A program made the translations under genes and the position numbers. A stretch of DNA of 64,000 bases from an uncultured delta proteobacterium (lineage in GTDB: Bacteria > Myxococcota > Myxococcia > Myxococcales > Anaeromyxobacteraceae), in assembly GCA_963766715.1 (NCBI GenBank), contig CAVYBH010000015.1:256001-320000 (forward strand), written 5' to 3'. Positions 30,542 to 41,631 of this stretch are shown one piece after another. Below the pieces are notes generated by a model. That model was not told where the DNA came from. It saw only the letters and a list, made by a program, of their open reading frames with translations, and did not search any database. The stretch's first letter is position 1; each line of letters opens with the position of its first letter.

Positions 30542-31577
30542 TCAGGCCCTCCCCGGGCGGCGGGGCGGGATGGGCCGGTTGAGGGGGCTGTCCGGGTGGG
30601 TCTTCATCCAGTCCCAGGCGTCCCGGAGCGTCTGCACGACCGGCCGCGGGGCATGGCCGAGCTCCTCGCGCGCCTTCCGGTCCCGGATCTCGAAGTCGAC
30701 GGCCAGGGTGTGCACCGCATAGGGGGTGAGGAGCGAGCGTCGCCCGGTGACCTTCTCGAAGACGGGCGCGAAGGCGGCGATCCCCGCGGCGACCCGGAGC
30801 GGGATGAAGACCCTCGGAGGCGTCCTCCCCGCCAGGCCGGCCAGGTTCCGCATCAGCTCGCGGACGGTCATGCGCTCCCCGGAGAGGAGGTAGCTCTCCC
30901 CCTTGCGCCCCCGCTCCGCGGCGAGCACGTGGCCGATGGCGACGTCGCGGACGTCGACGAAGTCGTAGCAGCCTTCCGTCCCCGCCGGCACGGGGAAGCG
31001 GGAGAACAGGACGATGACCTCCCCGATCTCGGAGAGCCGGTAGTCGTGGGGGCCGAGCACGTAGACCGGGTTCACGATCACCGCGTCCAGCCCGTCCCGG
31101 ACCGCGTCGAGCACGATCCGGGAGGCGGCGGCCTTGGCCTTGCCGTAGTCGCCGGGCGCGAGCGCCGGGTCGTAGCCGGCCTCCTCGGTGAGCACGCCCC
31201 CCTTGCCCGGCTCGGTGAGGGCGTGGACCGAGCTCGTGTAGACGAGCCGCCCCACCCCGGCCTCGCGCGCCGCCGCGACCACGTTCCGCGTCCCGTCGAC
31301 GTTCACGGTGCGTACGCTCTCGATGTCGAGCGAGCTGATGCTCACCACCCCGGCCAGGTGGAAGACCACGTCCGCCCCGGCGAAGGCCGCGGGCAGGGTC
31401 GTCGGGCCGCAGCACGTCGCCCTGCACCCGCTCCACGTCGAGGCCGGAGAGCGCGCGGGCCTCGTCGCCCGGCTGCACCAGCGCGCGAACCCGCTTCCCG
31501 CGCCGGAGGAGCTCGCGCACCAGCGCGTTGCCGAGGTGGCCGGTGGCCCCGGTGACGGTCGCGGTCTGGAAGTCCAT
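30542..31577 (-). CDS. Extended SDR, HpnA / dihydroflavonol-reductase / 3-beta-HSD-like (frameshift near 31400)
   Basis: VTGATGHLG, VFHLAG, NVDGTRNV, YTSSV, YGKAK, IVNP..V.GP.D, FVDVRDVA.GH. Confidence 0.82.
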
Positions 31578-31599
31578 GCGCGGGTTCGCTCCTCTTCCT

Positions 31600-32106
31600 T
31601 CAGGGCGAGGCCAGGAGGGCCTCGAGGGTTCGCTGCCGGTGGGCGAAGGTCCGCGCCATCTCGGGCCCCACGAAGAGCCGCTCGGCGATCGCGCCGAGGG
31701 GACCGAGGCCGACATCGTACTCGAGCAGGTCGCGAACCACCGTGCCCTCGCGCCCATCCACCCGGCGAGGCTCGAACTCGTGCCGGTGGGACCAGCGGCG
31801 GAAGGGTCCCCGCTCCTGGACGTCGGCGAAGTGGTGGTCGCGCTCGTACGAGACGATGCGGGCCACCCACTGGCTCCGGAGGGGCAGCGGCGGGAGCAGC
31901 CGCACCGAGACCACGATCTCGGTGCCGGCGCCGGCCTCCTCCGAGCCCGGGGAGGCGCCGGGCGGCGGCACCCGCACGATCCGCACGATCTCGGCCCCGA
32001 GCCGCGGCGGCATGATGCGCGGGAGGTTCCGCGGATCGGAGAAGAAGCGGAACACGCGGGGGAGCGGGACCGGGACCCACTGCTCGAACTGGATGCGCTG
32101 GCTCAT
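31600..32106 (-). CDS. SRPBCC (START/Bet v1-like) family protein
   Basis: VF.FFSDPRNL..I.PP, W.ARI, F.DVQ..GPF..W.H.H.F, F.HR. Confidence 0.82.
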   Translation of the reverse strand: MSQRIQFEQWVPVPLPRVFRFFSDPRNLPRIMPPRLGAEIVRIVRVPPPGASPGSEEAGAGTEIVVSVRLLPPLPLRSQWVARIVSYERDHHFADVQERGPFRRWSHRHEFEPRRVDGREGTVVRDLLEYDVGLGPLGAIAERLFVGPEMARTFAHRQRTLEALLASP

Positions 32107-32127
32107 GGCTTCCGGACCTGGGCCCTC

Positions 32128-32980
32128 TCACCACTCGAAGAAGTAGGAGAGCAGGACGCCCACCATGAAGACCTCGCCCTCGGCGGCCACGGGGTCGAGC
32201 GCGGTCTCGTACTCGGCCGCCAGCACCACCGATCGGCTGGCGGTGAGGAATCTCCCGGCGGTGAACTTGAGGAGCGACCCCACGTTTCCGTCCTGGAAGC
32301 TCCAGCTGGTCTTGTCCTGGGCCGACACGAAGAACCAGGCCGGCAGCGCCACCGAGACGGTGGGCTTGAGCTGGAGGGTGTTCACCGGCTTGTAGCTGCC
32401 CAGGTTGCCGAACGACTTCTGCCAGTTGAGCTCGACCGAGAGCGCCACGATGGAGGAGAGGCGGAAGGCGACCACGTAGACCGGCTCGATGATCCAGGGC
32501 TGGCCCACCGCGGCGTTCGTGCCGGTGTTCCACTGGAGCTCCAGCCCGGCCGCCTGCCGGATCCCCTCGTGCGCGTAGAAGGCCCAGAGGAGCGTGCTGG
32601 TGAGGCTCGCGAAGCCGGAGACGGTGGGCTCGCCGGCGGTGTTCGGGTAGTGGGTCTCGACGGGGATCTCCAGGCGGAGCGAGAACTCCCGCTCGACGCC
32701 CCAGACGAAGATCGGCTTGAAGGTGAACTCGCCCGTGGCGGCCCCGGCCGCCTTCTCGGTCCACTCGTACTTGAGCTGGAGCGTGTTGCGGGTGAAGACC
32801 GGCGAGTCCACCAGCTCCATGATGTCGAGCAGGTGCCGGAAGCCGTGGTCGTGGCCGCGCCGCTCCTCCGAGGTCTCGGCCTCCTTGCGCTCCGCTCCGC
32901 CTCCTCCTGGGCCCGGGCGGAGGGGAGCCAGCAGCAAGGCGAGCAGGGAGAGCGTCGCGAGCGCGGGTCGTGGGGCGCAT
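32128..32980 (-). CDS. Putative outer-membrane beta-barrel protein (N-terminal indels)
   Basis: Reconstructed signal peptide ...LATLSLLALLLAPSARA-QEE, alternating amphipathic strands, C-terminus LSYFFEW ending in an aromatic residue. Confidence 0.55.
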
Positions 32981-33113
32981 CCGTCGACTGTACGGCAGTC
33001 GCGGGCCGATCGAGGGGCTCGATGCGGGATGCCCCGATCGGGCGCTCCTGGCCCCCCGGATGAGCCCTCGTCACTGAGCGGCAACTGTCCCATTGTCGTG
33101 CGGGGGTGTGGCC

Positions 33114-34430
33114 ATGTTCTGGGTCGAGCTCGCCGTCGTCCTGGCGATGATCGTGATCGGGGCCCGCTACGGCGGCCTGGGCCTGGGGATGATGGGCGGG
33201 CTCGGGGTCGCGATCCTCGCGTTCCTCCTCGGCGATCTCCCGTCCAGCCCTCCCATCGAGGTCATGCTGATGATCGCCGCGGTGGTGACCGCGGCCGGGA
33301 CCCTGCAGGCGGCGGGGGGCATGGACTACCTCGTCGACCTGGCCGAGAAGGCGCTTCGCCGCTACCCGCCGGCGATGACCTTCGTGGCGCCGCTCGTCGC
33401 CTACGTCTTCACGCTCTTCGCGGGGACGGGGCACGTCGCCTACGCCATCCTCCCCGTCATCGCCGAGGTCTCCCGGGAGGCCGGCGTGCGGCCGGAGCGG
33501 CCCCTCTCCATCTCGGTCATCGCCTCGCAGCAGGCCATCACCGCGAGCCCCATCTCGGCCGCCACGGTGGCCCTGCTCGTCCTCCTCGAGGGAACGGCAT
33601 CACGCTCGGCGGGCTCCTCGCGGTGTGCATCCCCGCCACGCTCCTGGGCGTCCTGGCCGGCGCGCTCGTCGCGAGCCGCATGGGCAAGGAGCTCGACGTG
33701 GACCCGGAGTACCTGCGGCGACTGGCCGAGGGGGAGATCGAGCCCCACGGACAGATCGGCCGCCCGGCCGCCACCTGGCAGGCGAAGGCTCGGTGGTCCT
33801 CTTCGTCCTCGGCGCCATGTCCATCGTCGCCTTCGGGTCGTTCCCGGCGCTGCGCCCCAGCTACGCGTCGGGCGGCAAGGTGGTCCAGATGGAGATGGCC
33901 GACGCCATCGAGATGGTGATGCTCTCGATCGCGGCGCTGATGGTGATGGTCTGCAAGGCGAAGGTGGAGAAGGTGGCCCACGGCTCGGTCTTCCAGGCCG
34001 GCATGCAGGCGGTGATCGCCATCTTCGGCGTGGCCTGGATGGGGGACACCTTCTTCAAGGCCAACCAGGCCACCGTCCAGGGACCGATGACGGCCATGGT
34101 GACAGGGCGCGCCGTGGACCTTCGCCATCGCGCTCTTCGTGATGTCGATCCTGCTCTACAGCCAGGCCGCCACCGTCCGCACGCTCGTCCCGCTGGGCGT
34201 CTCCATCGGGATGCCGGGCTGGGCGCTGGTGGGGATGTTCCCGGCGGTGAACGGCTACTTCTTCCTGCCCAACTACCCCGACCCTGGTGGCCGCCATCAA
34301 CTTCGACCGGACCGGCACCACCCGGATCGGCAAGTACCTGCTCAACCACAGCTTCATGATCCCGGGGCTCGTCGCCTCCGTCGTCTCGGTGGCGTCCGGG
34401 CTCCTGCTCGCGCGATTCATCCTCCTGTAG
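33114..34430 (+). CDS. Anaerobic C4-dicarboxylate transporter DcuA/DcuB (about 4 frameshifts)
   Basis: [34 protein letters not shown]...[63 protein letters not shown]. Confidence 0.9.
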
Positions 34431-34459
34431 CGACGTAGCGCCCCATCACGGAGAACCCC

Positions 34460-35932
34460 ATGGCCGCGAATCCCACCCGCATCGAGCACGACTTCCTGGG
34501 CGATCGAGAGGTCCCCGCCGACGCCTACTACGGCGTCCAGACCCTGCGCGGCGCCGAGAACTTCCCCATCACCGGGCTGCCCATCCACCCGGCGCTCATC
34601 CGGGCCATGGCCATCGTCAAGAAGGCCGCGGCGCTCGCCAACCGCGACACCGGCCACCTCGACGCGAAGATCGCGAACGCCATCGCGAAGGCGGCCGACG
34701 ACGTCATCGCCGGGAAGCTCAACGCCCAGTTCATCGTCGACCCCATCCAGGGCGGCGCCGGCACCTCCATCAACATGAACACGAACGAGGTGATCGCCAA
34801 CCGGGCGCTCGAGATCCTCGGGGAGGCCAAGGGGAGCTACAAGGTCATCAGCCCCAACTCCCACGTGAACATGGCGCAGTCGACCAACGACGCCTTCCCC
34901 ACCGGCGTCCACATCGCCGCGCTCGACCTGGGGCGCTCGCTCGTCGTCGAGCTGCAGAAGCTCCACGACGCCTTCGCGGCCAAGGAGAAGGAGTTCCACG
35001 GCCTCATCAAGATGGGGCGCACCCACCTCCAGGACGCCGTGCCCATCCGGCTCGGCCAGGAGTTCGGCGCCTACCGGCGCGTCATCGGGCGCGACATCAA
35101 GCGCATCCAGCAGGTCGGCCAGCAGCTGCTCGAGGTGAACATGGGGGCGACCGCGGTCGGCACGGGCCTGAACGCCGACCCCGACTACATCGTCGCGGTG
35201 GCGAGGTACCTGGCCGAGTTCAGCGGCTTCCCCATGCGGACGGCCGAGGACCTGGTCGACGCCACCCAGAACACCGACTGCTACACGGAGGTCTCGGCGG
35301 CGCTCAAGGTCTGCATGATGAACCTGTCGAAGATCGCCAACGACCTCCGGCTCATGGCCTCCGGGCCGCGCTGCGGGCTCGGCGAGCTCAACCTGCCCGC
35401 CCGCCAGCCCGGCTCGTCGATCATGCCCGGCAAGGTGAACCCGGTCATGGCCGAGGTGGTGAACCAGGTGGCCTTCCAGGTCATCGGCAACGACCACACC
35501 ATCTGCCTGGCCTCCGAGGCCGGCCAGTTCGAGCTCAACGTCATGGAGCCGGTGCTGGTCTTCAACCTGCTCCAGTCCATCGGGATCATGACCAACGTCT
35601 TCGTGGTCTTCCGGAAGTTCCTGGTCGAGGGGCTCACCGCCAACGCCGATCGGATGAAGGCCTACGTCGACGGCAGCGTCGGGGTGATCACCGCCATCAA
35701 CCCGCACGTGGGCTACGAGACCGCGGCCCGCATCGCCCGCGAGGCGAACCTGACCGGAAAGCCGGTGCGCGAGCTCATCCTGCGTGACAAGGTGCTCACG
35801 AAGGAGCAGCTCGACGCGATCCTCGACCCGTTCGAGATGACGAAGCCCGGCATCGCCGGGGCCAAGGCGAAGAAGCACGACGACGTCTGGTTCAAGGAGC
35901 ACGGAAGCGAGAAGGAGGAGAAGGGATCATGA
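34460..35932 (+). CDS. aspA: Aspartate ammonia-lyase
   Basis: YYGVQTLR..ENF, QGGAGTS.NMN.NEV, QSTND, MGRTHLQDA, QPGSSIMPGKVNPV. Confidence 0.96.
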   Translation: MAANPTRIEHDFLGDREVPADAYYGVQTLRGAENFPITGLPIHPALIRAMAIVKKAAALANRDTGHLDAKIANAIAKAADDVIAGKLNAQFIVDPIQGGAGTSINMNTNEVIANRALEILGEAKGSYKVISPNSHVNMAQSTNDAFPTGVHIAALDLGRSLVVELQKLHDAFAAKEKEFHGLIKMGRTHLQDAVPIRLGQEFGAYRRVIGRDIKRIQQVGQQLLEVNMGATAVGTGLNADPDYIVAVARYLAEFSGFPMRTAEDLVDATQNTDCYTEVSAALKVCMMNLSKIANDLRLMASGPRCGLGELNLPARQPGSSIMPGKVNPVMAEVVNQVAFQVIGNDHTICLASEAGQFELNVMEPVLVFNLLQSIGIMTNVFVVFRKFLVEGLTANADRMKAYVDGSVGVITAINPHVGYETAARIAREANLTGKPVRELILRDKVLTKEQLDAILDPFEMTKPGIAGAKAKKHDDVWFKEHGSEKEEKGS

Positions 35933-37020
35933 GGAACGCGCGAACCCTGAAGAGCACGATGGTCCTGGCCGCCCTGGCGGTCCTGGTCCCCACCCTCGGG
36001 ATGGCCCAGGCGGCGAAGCAGCTCGCGCCGGCGAAGCCGACCGTCACCATCCTCGCCACCGGCGGCACCATCGCCGGGGCCCAGCCCAAGCCCGGCGAGG
36101 CCGGCTACAAGGCCGGCAGCTTCTCGGTGGAGTCGCTCATCTCGGCGGTCCCCGGGATGGAGAAGGTCGCCGTCGTGAAGGGCGAGCAGATCGCCAGCAT
36201 CGGCAGCCAGGACATGAACGACGCCGTCTGGATCAAGCTGGCGCGCCGGGTGAACGAGCTGCAGAAGGATCCGGGCGTGGACGGGATCGTCATCACCCAC
36301 GGCACCGACACGCTGGAGGAGACCGGCTACTTCCTCGACCTGGTGGTGAAGGGCGACAAGCCGGTGGTGCTGGTCGGCTCGATGCGCCCGGCCACCGCCA
36401 TCTCCGCCGACGGCCCCATGAACCTCTACAACGGCACCGCCGTCGCCGCCGACCCGGCGGCACGGGGGCGCGGCGTGCTCATCGTGATGAACGACGACAT
36501 CCACTACGCGCGCGAGGCCACGAAGACCAACACCACCTCGCTCCAGACCTTCACCTCGCCCAACCGCGGGCGCGCCGGCATCGTGCTGTTCGGCAAGCCC
36601 ACCTTCTACTCCCCGCCGGTGCCGAAGCACACGAGCGGCAGCGCCTTCGCCGGCAACGTGCCCGACGCGCTCCCCAAGGTCTTCATCGTCTACGCGCACG
36701 CCAACGTGGGACCCGAGTTCGTGGACGCGGCGGTCGCCGCCGGGGCGAAGGGCATCGTGCTCGCCGGCGTGGGGGACGGGAACGGAACCGACCCGCTCAT
36801 CCAGGCGCTGGCCGCGGCGGCGAAGAAGGGCGTGGTGGTCGTTCGCAGCTCGAGGGTGGGAACGGGCACCGTGGCCCGCAACGTGGAGCTCGACGACGAC
36901 AAGCTCGGGTTCGTGGCCGCCATGGAGCTGAACCCGGCCAAGGCGCGGGTGCTCCTGCAGCAGGCGCTCACGAAGACGAAGGACGTCGCCCAGATCCAGA
37001 AGTACTTCGACGAGTACTAG
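35929..37020 (+). CDS. ansB: Type II (periplasmic) L-asparaginase
   Basis: Signal peptide, ILATGGTIAG, IGSQDM, ITHGTDTLEET, GSMRP, ADGP.NL, LNPAKAR. Confidence 0.93.
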   Translation: MRNARTLKSTMVLAALAVLVPTLGMAQAAKQLAPAKPTVTILATGGTIAGAQPKPGEAGYKAGSFSVESLISAVPGMEKVAVVKGEQIASIGSQDMNDAVWIKLARRVNELQKDPGVDGIVITHGTDTLEETGYFLDLVVKGDKPVVLVGSMRPATAISADGPMNLYNGTAVAADPAARGRGVLIVMNDDIHYAREATKTNTTSLQTFTSPNRGRAGIVLFGKPTFYSPPVPKHTSGSAFAGNVPDALPKVFIVYAHANVGPEFVDAAVAAGAKGIVLAGVGDGNGTDPLIQALAAAAKKGVVVVRSSRVGTGTVARNVELDDDKLGFVAAMELNPAKARVLLQQALTKTKDVAQIQKYFDEY

Positions 37021-37028
37021 GGGGCCAC

Positions 37029-38263
37029 ATGAACCGAGAACGTCCTCCTCGTCGCTGCTGACCGCGGCGTCTGGCCCTCCCTGCGGCGGCGGCGGCCGAC
37101 GACGCGGCGCCCGCGACGTCCCCGGCGCCCGCGGTGAGGCACGCGCAAGCCCACCTTCGAGGTCTACGGCTTCGCCCAGGTCGACTTCATCCAGGACTTC
37201 CAGCGGGTGCGTCCCGACTGGAACGCCACCCTGCGCCCCACCCGCATCCCGACGGTGGAGGGGCTCTACGGCGCGAACGGCGAGTCCATCTTCAGCGCCC
37301 GGCAGACCCGGCTCGGGGTTCGGGGCTCGATCCCGGCCGGCGAGTACGACCTCTTCGCCCGCGTCGAGTTCGACTTCTTCGGCCTGGGCGAGGGAAGGCC
37401 GGACGCCGGCGGGCAGAACACGCTCCGGCTCCGCCAGGCCTACGGCTCGTGGGGCCCGGTCCTCGGCGGCCTCACCGCCAGCCTCTTCATGGACGACGAC
37501 TTCTGGCCGACCATCATCGACTACTGGGGCCCGGCCGGGATGGTCTTCTACCGGAACGTCCAGATCCGCTACACGCCCTTCACCGGCGAGCACTCCTTCG
37601 CGGTCGCCCTGGAGCGCCCCGCCACCGACCTGGATCCCACCGGCGCACCGGCGGCGAACGTCGCGCCGCGCTCGCTCCTCCCCGACCTCACGGCCCAGTA
37701 CCGGCTCTCCCAGGGCTGGGGCTACCTCCAGCTGTCCGGCATCCTGCGCTGGGTGGGCTACGACACGCCGGGCGCGGCGGTGCAGACGAAGGGCAGCGCC
37801 GTCGGCTGGGGCCTCCACGCCAGCTCGCAGGTGAAGCTCATCCCCGACAAGCTGAAGCTCCTCGTGGCGTTCGTCGGCGGGACCGGCTTCTCCTACTACA
37901 TGAACGACGCCACGCCGGACCTCGCCTTCGGCGGCACGCTCGCCGATCCCGAAGGCCGAGGCGGTCCCGCTCATCGGCATCACGGCCTACCTCGACGTCT
38001 ACTGGAGCAAGCTCTTCTGCAGCGCGGTGGGCTACAGCACGACCATGATGTTCCCCACCGCCCTGCAGGGGCCAGATGCCTTCAAGACCGGGCAGTACGC
38101 CTCGGTGAACTTCCTGGTCACGCCCTTCCGGAACTTCATGGCCGGCCCCGAGTTCCTCTGGGGCCACCGCACCGACAAGAGCGGCGCCACCGGCTTCGAC
38201 ACGCGCCTCCAGATCTCGGTGAAGTACAGCTTCACGAGCCTCGACTTCTGGAAGCCGGGATAG
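37029..38263 (+). CDS. DcaP family outer-membrane porin (several frameshifts)
   Basis: EVYGFAQVDFIQDF, FSARQTRLG, EFDFFG, LRLRQAYG, DYWGP.GMVF.RNVQIRY, PDLTAQYR, RLQ.S.KY.F. Confidence 0.75.
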
Positions 38264-38275
38264 AGAGTCCGGTCC

Positions 38276-38710
38276 CTAGTTGGCCAGCTCGACGGCGCGC
38301 ATCGCCGCTCGCAGCTTGCCCGCCAGCGACTTGGCGATGGCGCGGAAGAGAAAGTGTCCGGCTTCGTGGTTGTCGCCGAGCGCCTCGCGAAGCTTGGCCG
38401 AGCGGAGGATGAGGAGCTTCGTCGGCTCCACCGTCGTCGCAGTCAGCGCGAGCGGCCCTCCATCGATCAGCGACAGCTGTCCGAACGCCTGGCCCGGCCC
38501 CATCACCAGATGGGTCGCGTCTCCGTGCCGGAAGCCCTGAACCGAGCCGCTGAGGATGATGTAGAGCGCATCGACGGCCTGATCCTCGTTGGCGATCGGG
38601 TCTCCGCCTGGCAGCGTCCGTTCCTCGGCGCAGCGGGCCACGATCTCGAGAATCGACTGAGGAACGTCTCGGAAGAGGAAGGTGGTCTTCAGGGCCTGAA
38701 GCGCGTCCAT
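38276..38710 (-). CDS. Stand-alone cyclic nucleotide-binding domain protein
   Basis: LFRDV, LYIILSGSV, GQAFGQLSLIDGGP...TA cNMP pattern; GGAGG RBS. Confidence 0.8.
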   Translation of the reverse strand: MDALQALKTTFLFRDVPQSILEIVARCAEERTLPGGDPIANEDQAVDALYIILSGSVQGFRHGDATHLVMGPGQAFGQLSLIDGGPLALTATTVEPTKLLILRSAKLREALGDNHEAGHFLFRAIAKSLAGKLRAAMRAVELAN

Positions 38711-38830
38711 GGAGGCTCCTCGGGAAGTGGGCACGCGAGAATCCGGACGCCGCGGGGCGGCCGATTCGCGTTCGGGGCATGACTGTAGTCGATGAATCCG
38801 CCACGGGCACCACAAACCGACGGGCGGCGT

Positions 38831-40514
38831 TCAGCGCATCAGCGCGACGATCACCGGTCCCCACGCGGTGAGGAGGATGTTCCCCACCGCGTAGGGGACG
38901 GTGTAGCCGAGCACCGGCAGGCGGCTGTGGGCCGCGTCCTGGATGGCCCGCAGCGCCGCCGTCGTGGTGCCGGCGCCCGACTCGGCGCCGAGCAGGATCA
39001 CCGGGTTCATCTTCAGCACGTACCGGCCGAAGAGCAGCCCCACCGCGTGGGGCACGATCGAGACGAGGAGCGCGGCCGCGATGAGGCTCGGGCCGGTCTT
39101 CTGGATGCTCGCGACGAAGCTGGGGCCGGCGCCCAGCCCGACGATGCCGATGAAGGCCGCGAGCCCCACGCTGTCGAACACCCAGAGCGCGCCGTCGGGG
39201 ATCCTCCCGAAGGTGGGCCTCACCGAGCGCAGCCAGCCGAAGAAGAGCCCCATGACGAGCGCGCCGCCGCTCGTGGTGATGGTGATGGACACGCCGAACA
39301 CCGGGACGGCCACCAGGCCGATGAGCCCGCCCAGGAAGATGCCCAGTCCCGACGAAGATCATGTCGGTGGCGGCGGTGACGCGATCCGCGTAGCCGAGGC
39401 GCCGGGCGACCCGGGCGGTGTCGACCTGCCGCCCCTCGATCTGCAGGAGGTCGCCACCCTCGAGGAGCCGTGCTTCCCTCGAAGGGAATCTCCTGGCCGG
39501 CGCGGACGAGGCGGCGCAGCCGGATGCCGCGGCCGATCTCGCGGGCCAGCTCGGCGAGCGTGCGCCCCGCCACCTCGCGGTTCGTCACCACCACCTCGAG
39601 CTGCTCGGTCGGGAAGTCGAGCAGCTCGCGGTCCTGCACCTCGGCGCCGAGCCCCATGAGCTTCTCGATCAGGTCCGCCCGCTGGGCCACGATGGCCACC
39701 GTGTCGCCGTCGTGGATGACCGTGTCGGGGGTCGGTGTCGAAGACCAGGCCGTCGCGCCGGACCCGCTCCAGGAAGTACCGGACGCCGGGGACCGAGCCC
39801 TCGATCTCGTCCACGCGCCGGCCCGGCCGCCCCGAGGCCCGCGACCCGGATGGCCCGGACGTCCCACTCCGCGTAGGCCGAGGCGACGCCCTCCTCGGGG
39901 GTCTCCTTCCCGGCCAGCTGGATCTCGAGCTCCCGGGCCGCCTTCTGGAGGTCGACCTTCATGAGCCGCGGGGCGAGCGACGAGAGGAAGTAGACGAGCG
40001 TGGTGGTCCCGACCAGGTAGGTGACGGCGTAGGCCACCGGGACCTGGTTCGCCATGCGGGTCCGCTCGGCGGCGTCGATGGGGAGCCGCTGGATGGCCTC
40101 GGCGGCGGTGCCGATGATGGTCGACTCGGTGAAGGCGCCCGCCAGCAGCCCCGCCGCGGTCCCGGCGTCGTAGCCGAAGAGCTTCGAGACCACCACGGCG
40201 ACCGCGAGGCAGGTGACGGCCACCACCACCGCGAGGACGAGCTGCGGCAGGGCGTCCTTGCGGAGGCCGCGGAAGAACTGGGGACCGACCTTGTAGCCGG
40301 TGGCGAAGAGGAAGAGGTCGAAGAAGACGACCTGGACCGTCGGCGAGACGTGCACGTCGAGCTGGCCGATGACGACGCCGGCCAGCAGGCACCCCAGCAC
40401 CGTTCCCACGGTGAAGGTGCCGATGCGCAGCCTTCCGACGAGGAACCCCACGGCGAGCGTGAGGAAGATCGCCAGCTCGGGGTGCTGTTGGAGGATGTTC
40501 GCGAAGCCGGCCAT
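38831..40514 (-). CDS. aspT: Aspartate:alanine antiporter (multiple frameshifts)
   Basis: PELAIFLTLA.G, FLFATGYKVGPQFF.GL, AGLLAGA.TES..IG, VAYAVTY..GT, TrkA-C-like middle region, GA.TTTAAL, LGYTVPYAVGNILLT.WG. Confidence 0.85.
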
Positions 40515-40570
40515 GACCTACCTCATGCCACGGCCGGAGGCCGGCGTATCGCGCCCCGGACGGGGTGGTC

Positions 40571-41621
40571 CTACTTCCTCAGGCTCTTCGCGTCGATGAC
40601 GAAGCGGTAGCGGACGTCGGCCTTCAGCATGCGCTCGTAGGCCTCGTTCACCTTCTCGGCGGGGATGACCTCGACGTCGGCGGTGATGCCGTGCTTCCCG
40701 CAGAAGTCGAGCATCTCCTGGGTCTCGGCGAGGCCGCCGATGAGGGAGCCGGCCAGCGTCTTGCGGCCGAAGATGAGCCCCATGGCGTGGACCGGGGCCG
40801 CCTCGGGCGGCACGCCCACGAGGACCAGCGCCCCGTCGGTCTTGAGGAGGGAGAGGTAGGCGTTCAGGTCGTGGGGCGCCGAGATGGTGTCGAGGATGAA
40901 GTCGAACTTGCCGGCCAGGCGCTTGAAGGTGCCCTTGTCGGAGGTGAGGCCGAACCCGGTGGCGCCCAGCCGCCGCGCGTCGGCCTCCTTGCCCTTCGAG
41001 GTGCTGAGCATGGTCACCTCGGCGCCCATGGCCGCCGCGAGCTTCACGGCCATGTGCCCGAGGCCGCCCAGGCCCACCACGCCGACCTGGTCGCCCTTCT
41101 TCACCTTCCAGTGGCGAAGCGGCGAGTAGGTGGTGATCCCGGCGCAGAGCAGCGGGGCTGCGCCGGCGGGGTCGAGGTTCGCGGGGATCGAGAGGACGAA
41201 CTTCTCGTCGACCACCTCGTCGGTGGCGTAGCCGCCGTAGGTCGGCGTCTTCCGGTCCATCTCGGTGCCGTTGTAGGTGAAGGCGGCGCCCTTCTCGCAG
41301 AACTGCTCCAGGTCCTTCTTGCAGGGGGAGCAGACGCGGCAGGAGTCGACCAGGCATCCGACGCCGACCCGGTCGCCGACCTTGAACCGCTTCACCTCGG
41401 CGCCGACCTTCGTCACCCGTCCGACGATCTCGTGGCCGGGGACCATGGGGAACGTGGAGTTCCCCCATTCGTCCCGGACCTGGTGGATGTCGGAGTGGCA
41501 GATCCCGCAGAACTCGACGTCGAAGGCGACGTCGTGCGGGACCGACGGCGCGCCGCTCGAACTCGAACGGGGCGAGGGGGCTCTTCGGATCGAAGGCGGC
41601 GTAGGCCTTGGTCTTGGGCAT
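40571..41621 (-). CDS. Zn-dependent NAD(P)H alcohol dehydrogenase, cinnamyl/YahK type (frameshift near 41550)
   Basis: CGICHSD, GHEIVG, C.VC..C...EQFC, PLLCAGIT.YSPL, GLGGLG, DVRYRFVID. Confidence 0.92.
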
Positions 41622-41631
41622 GCGGGGAGAG

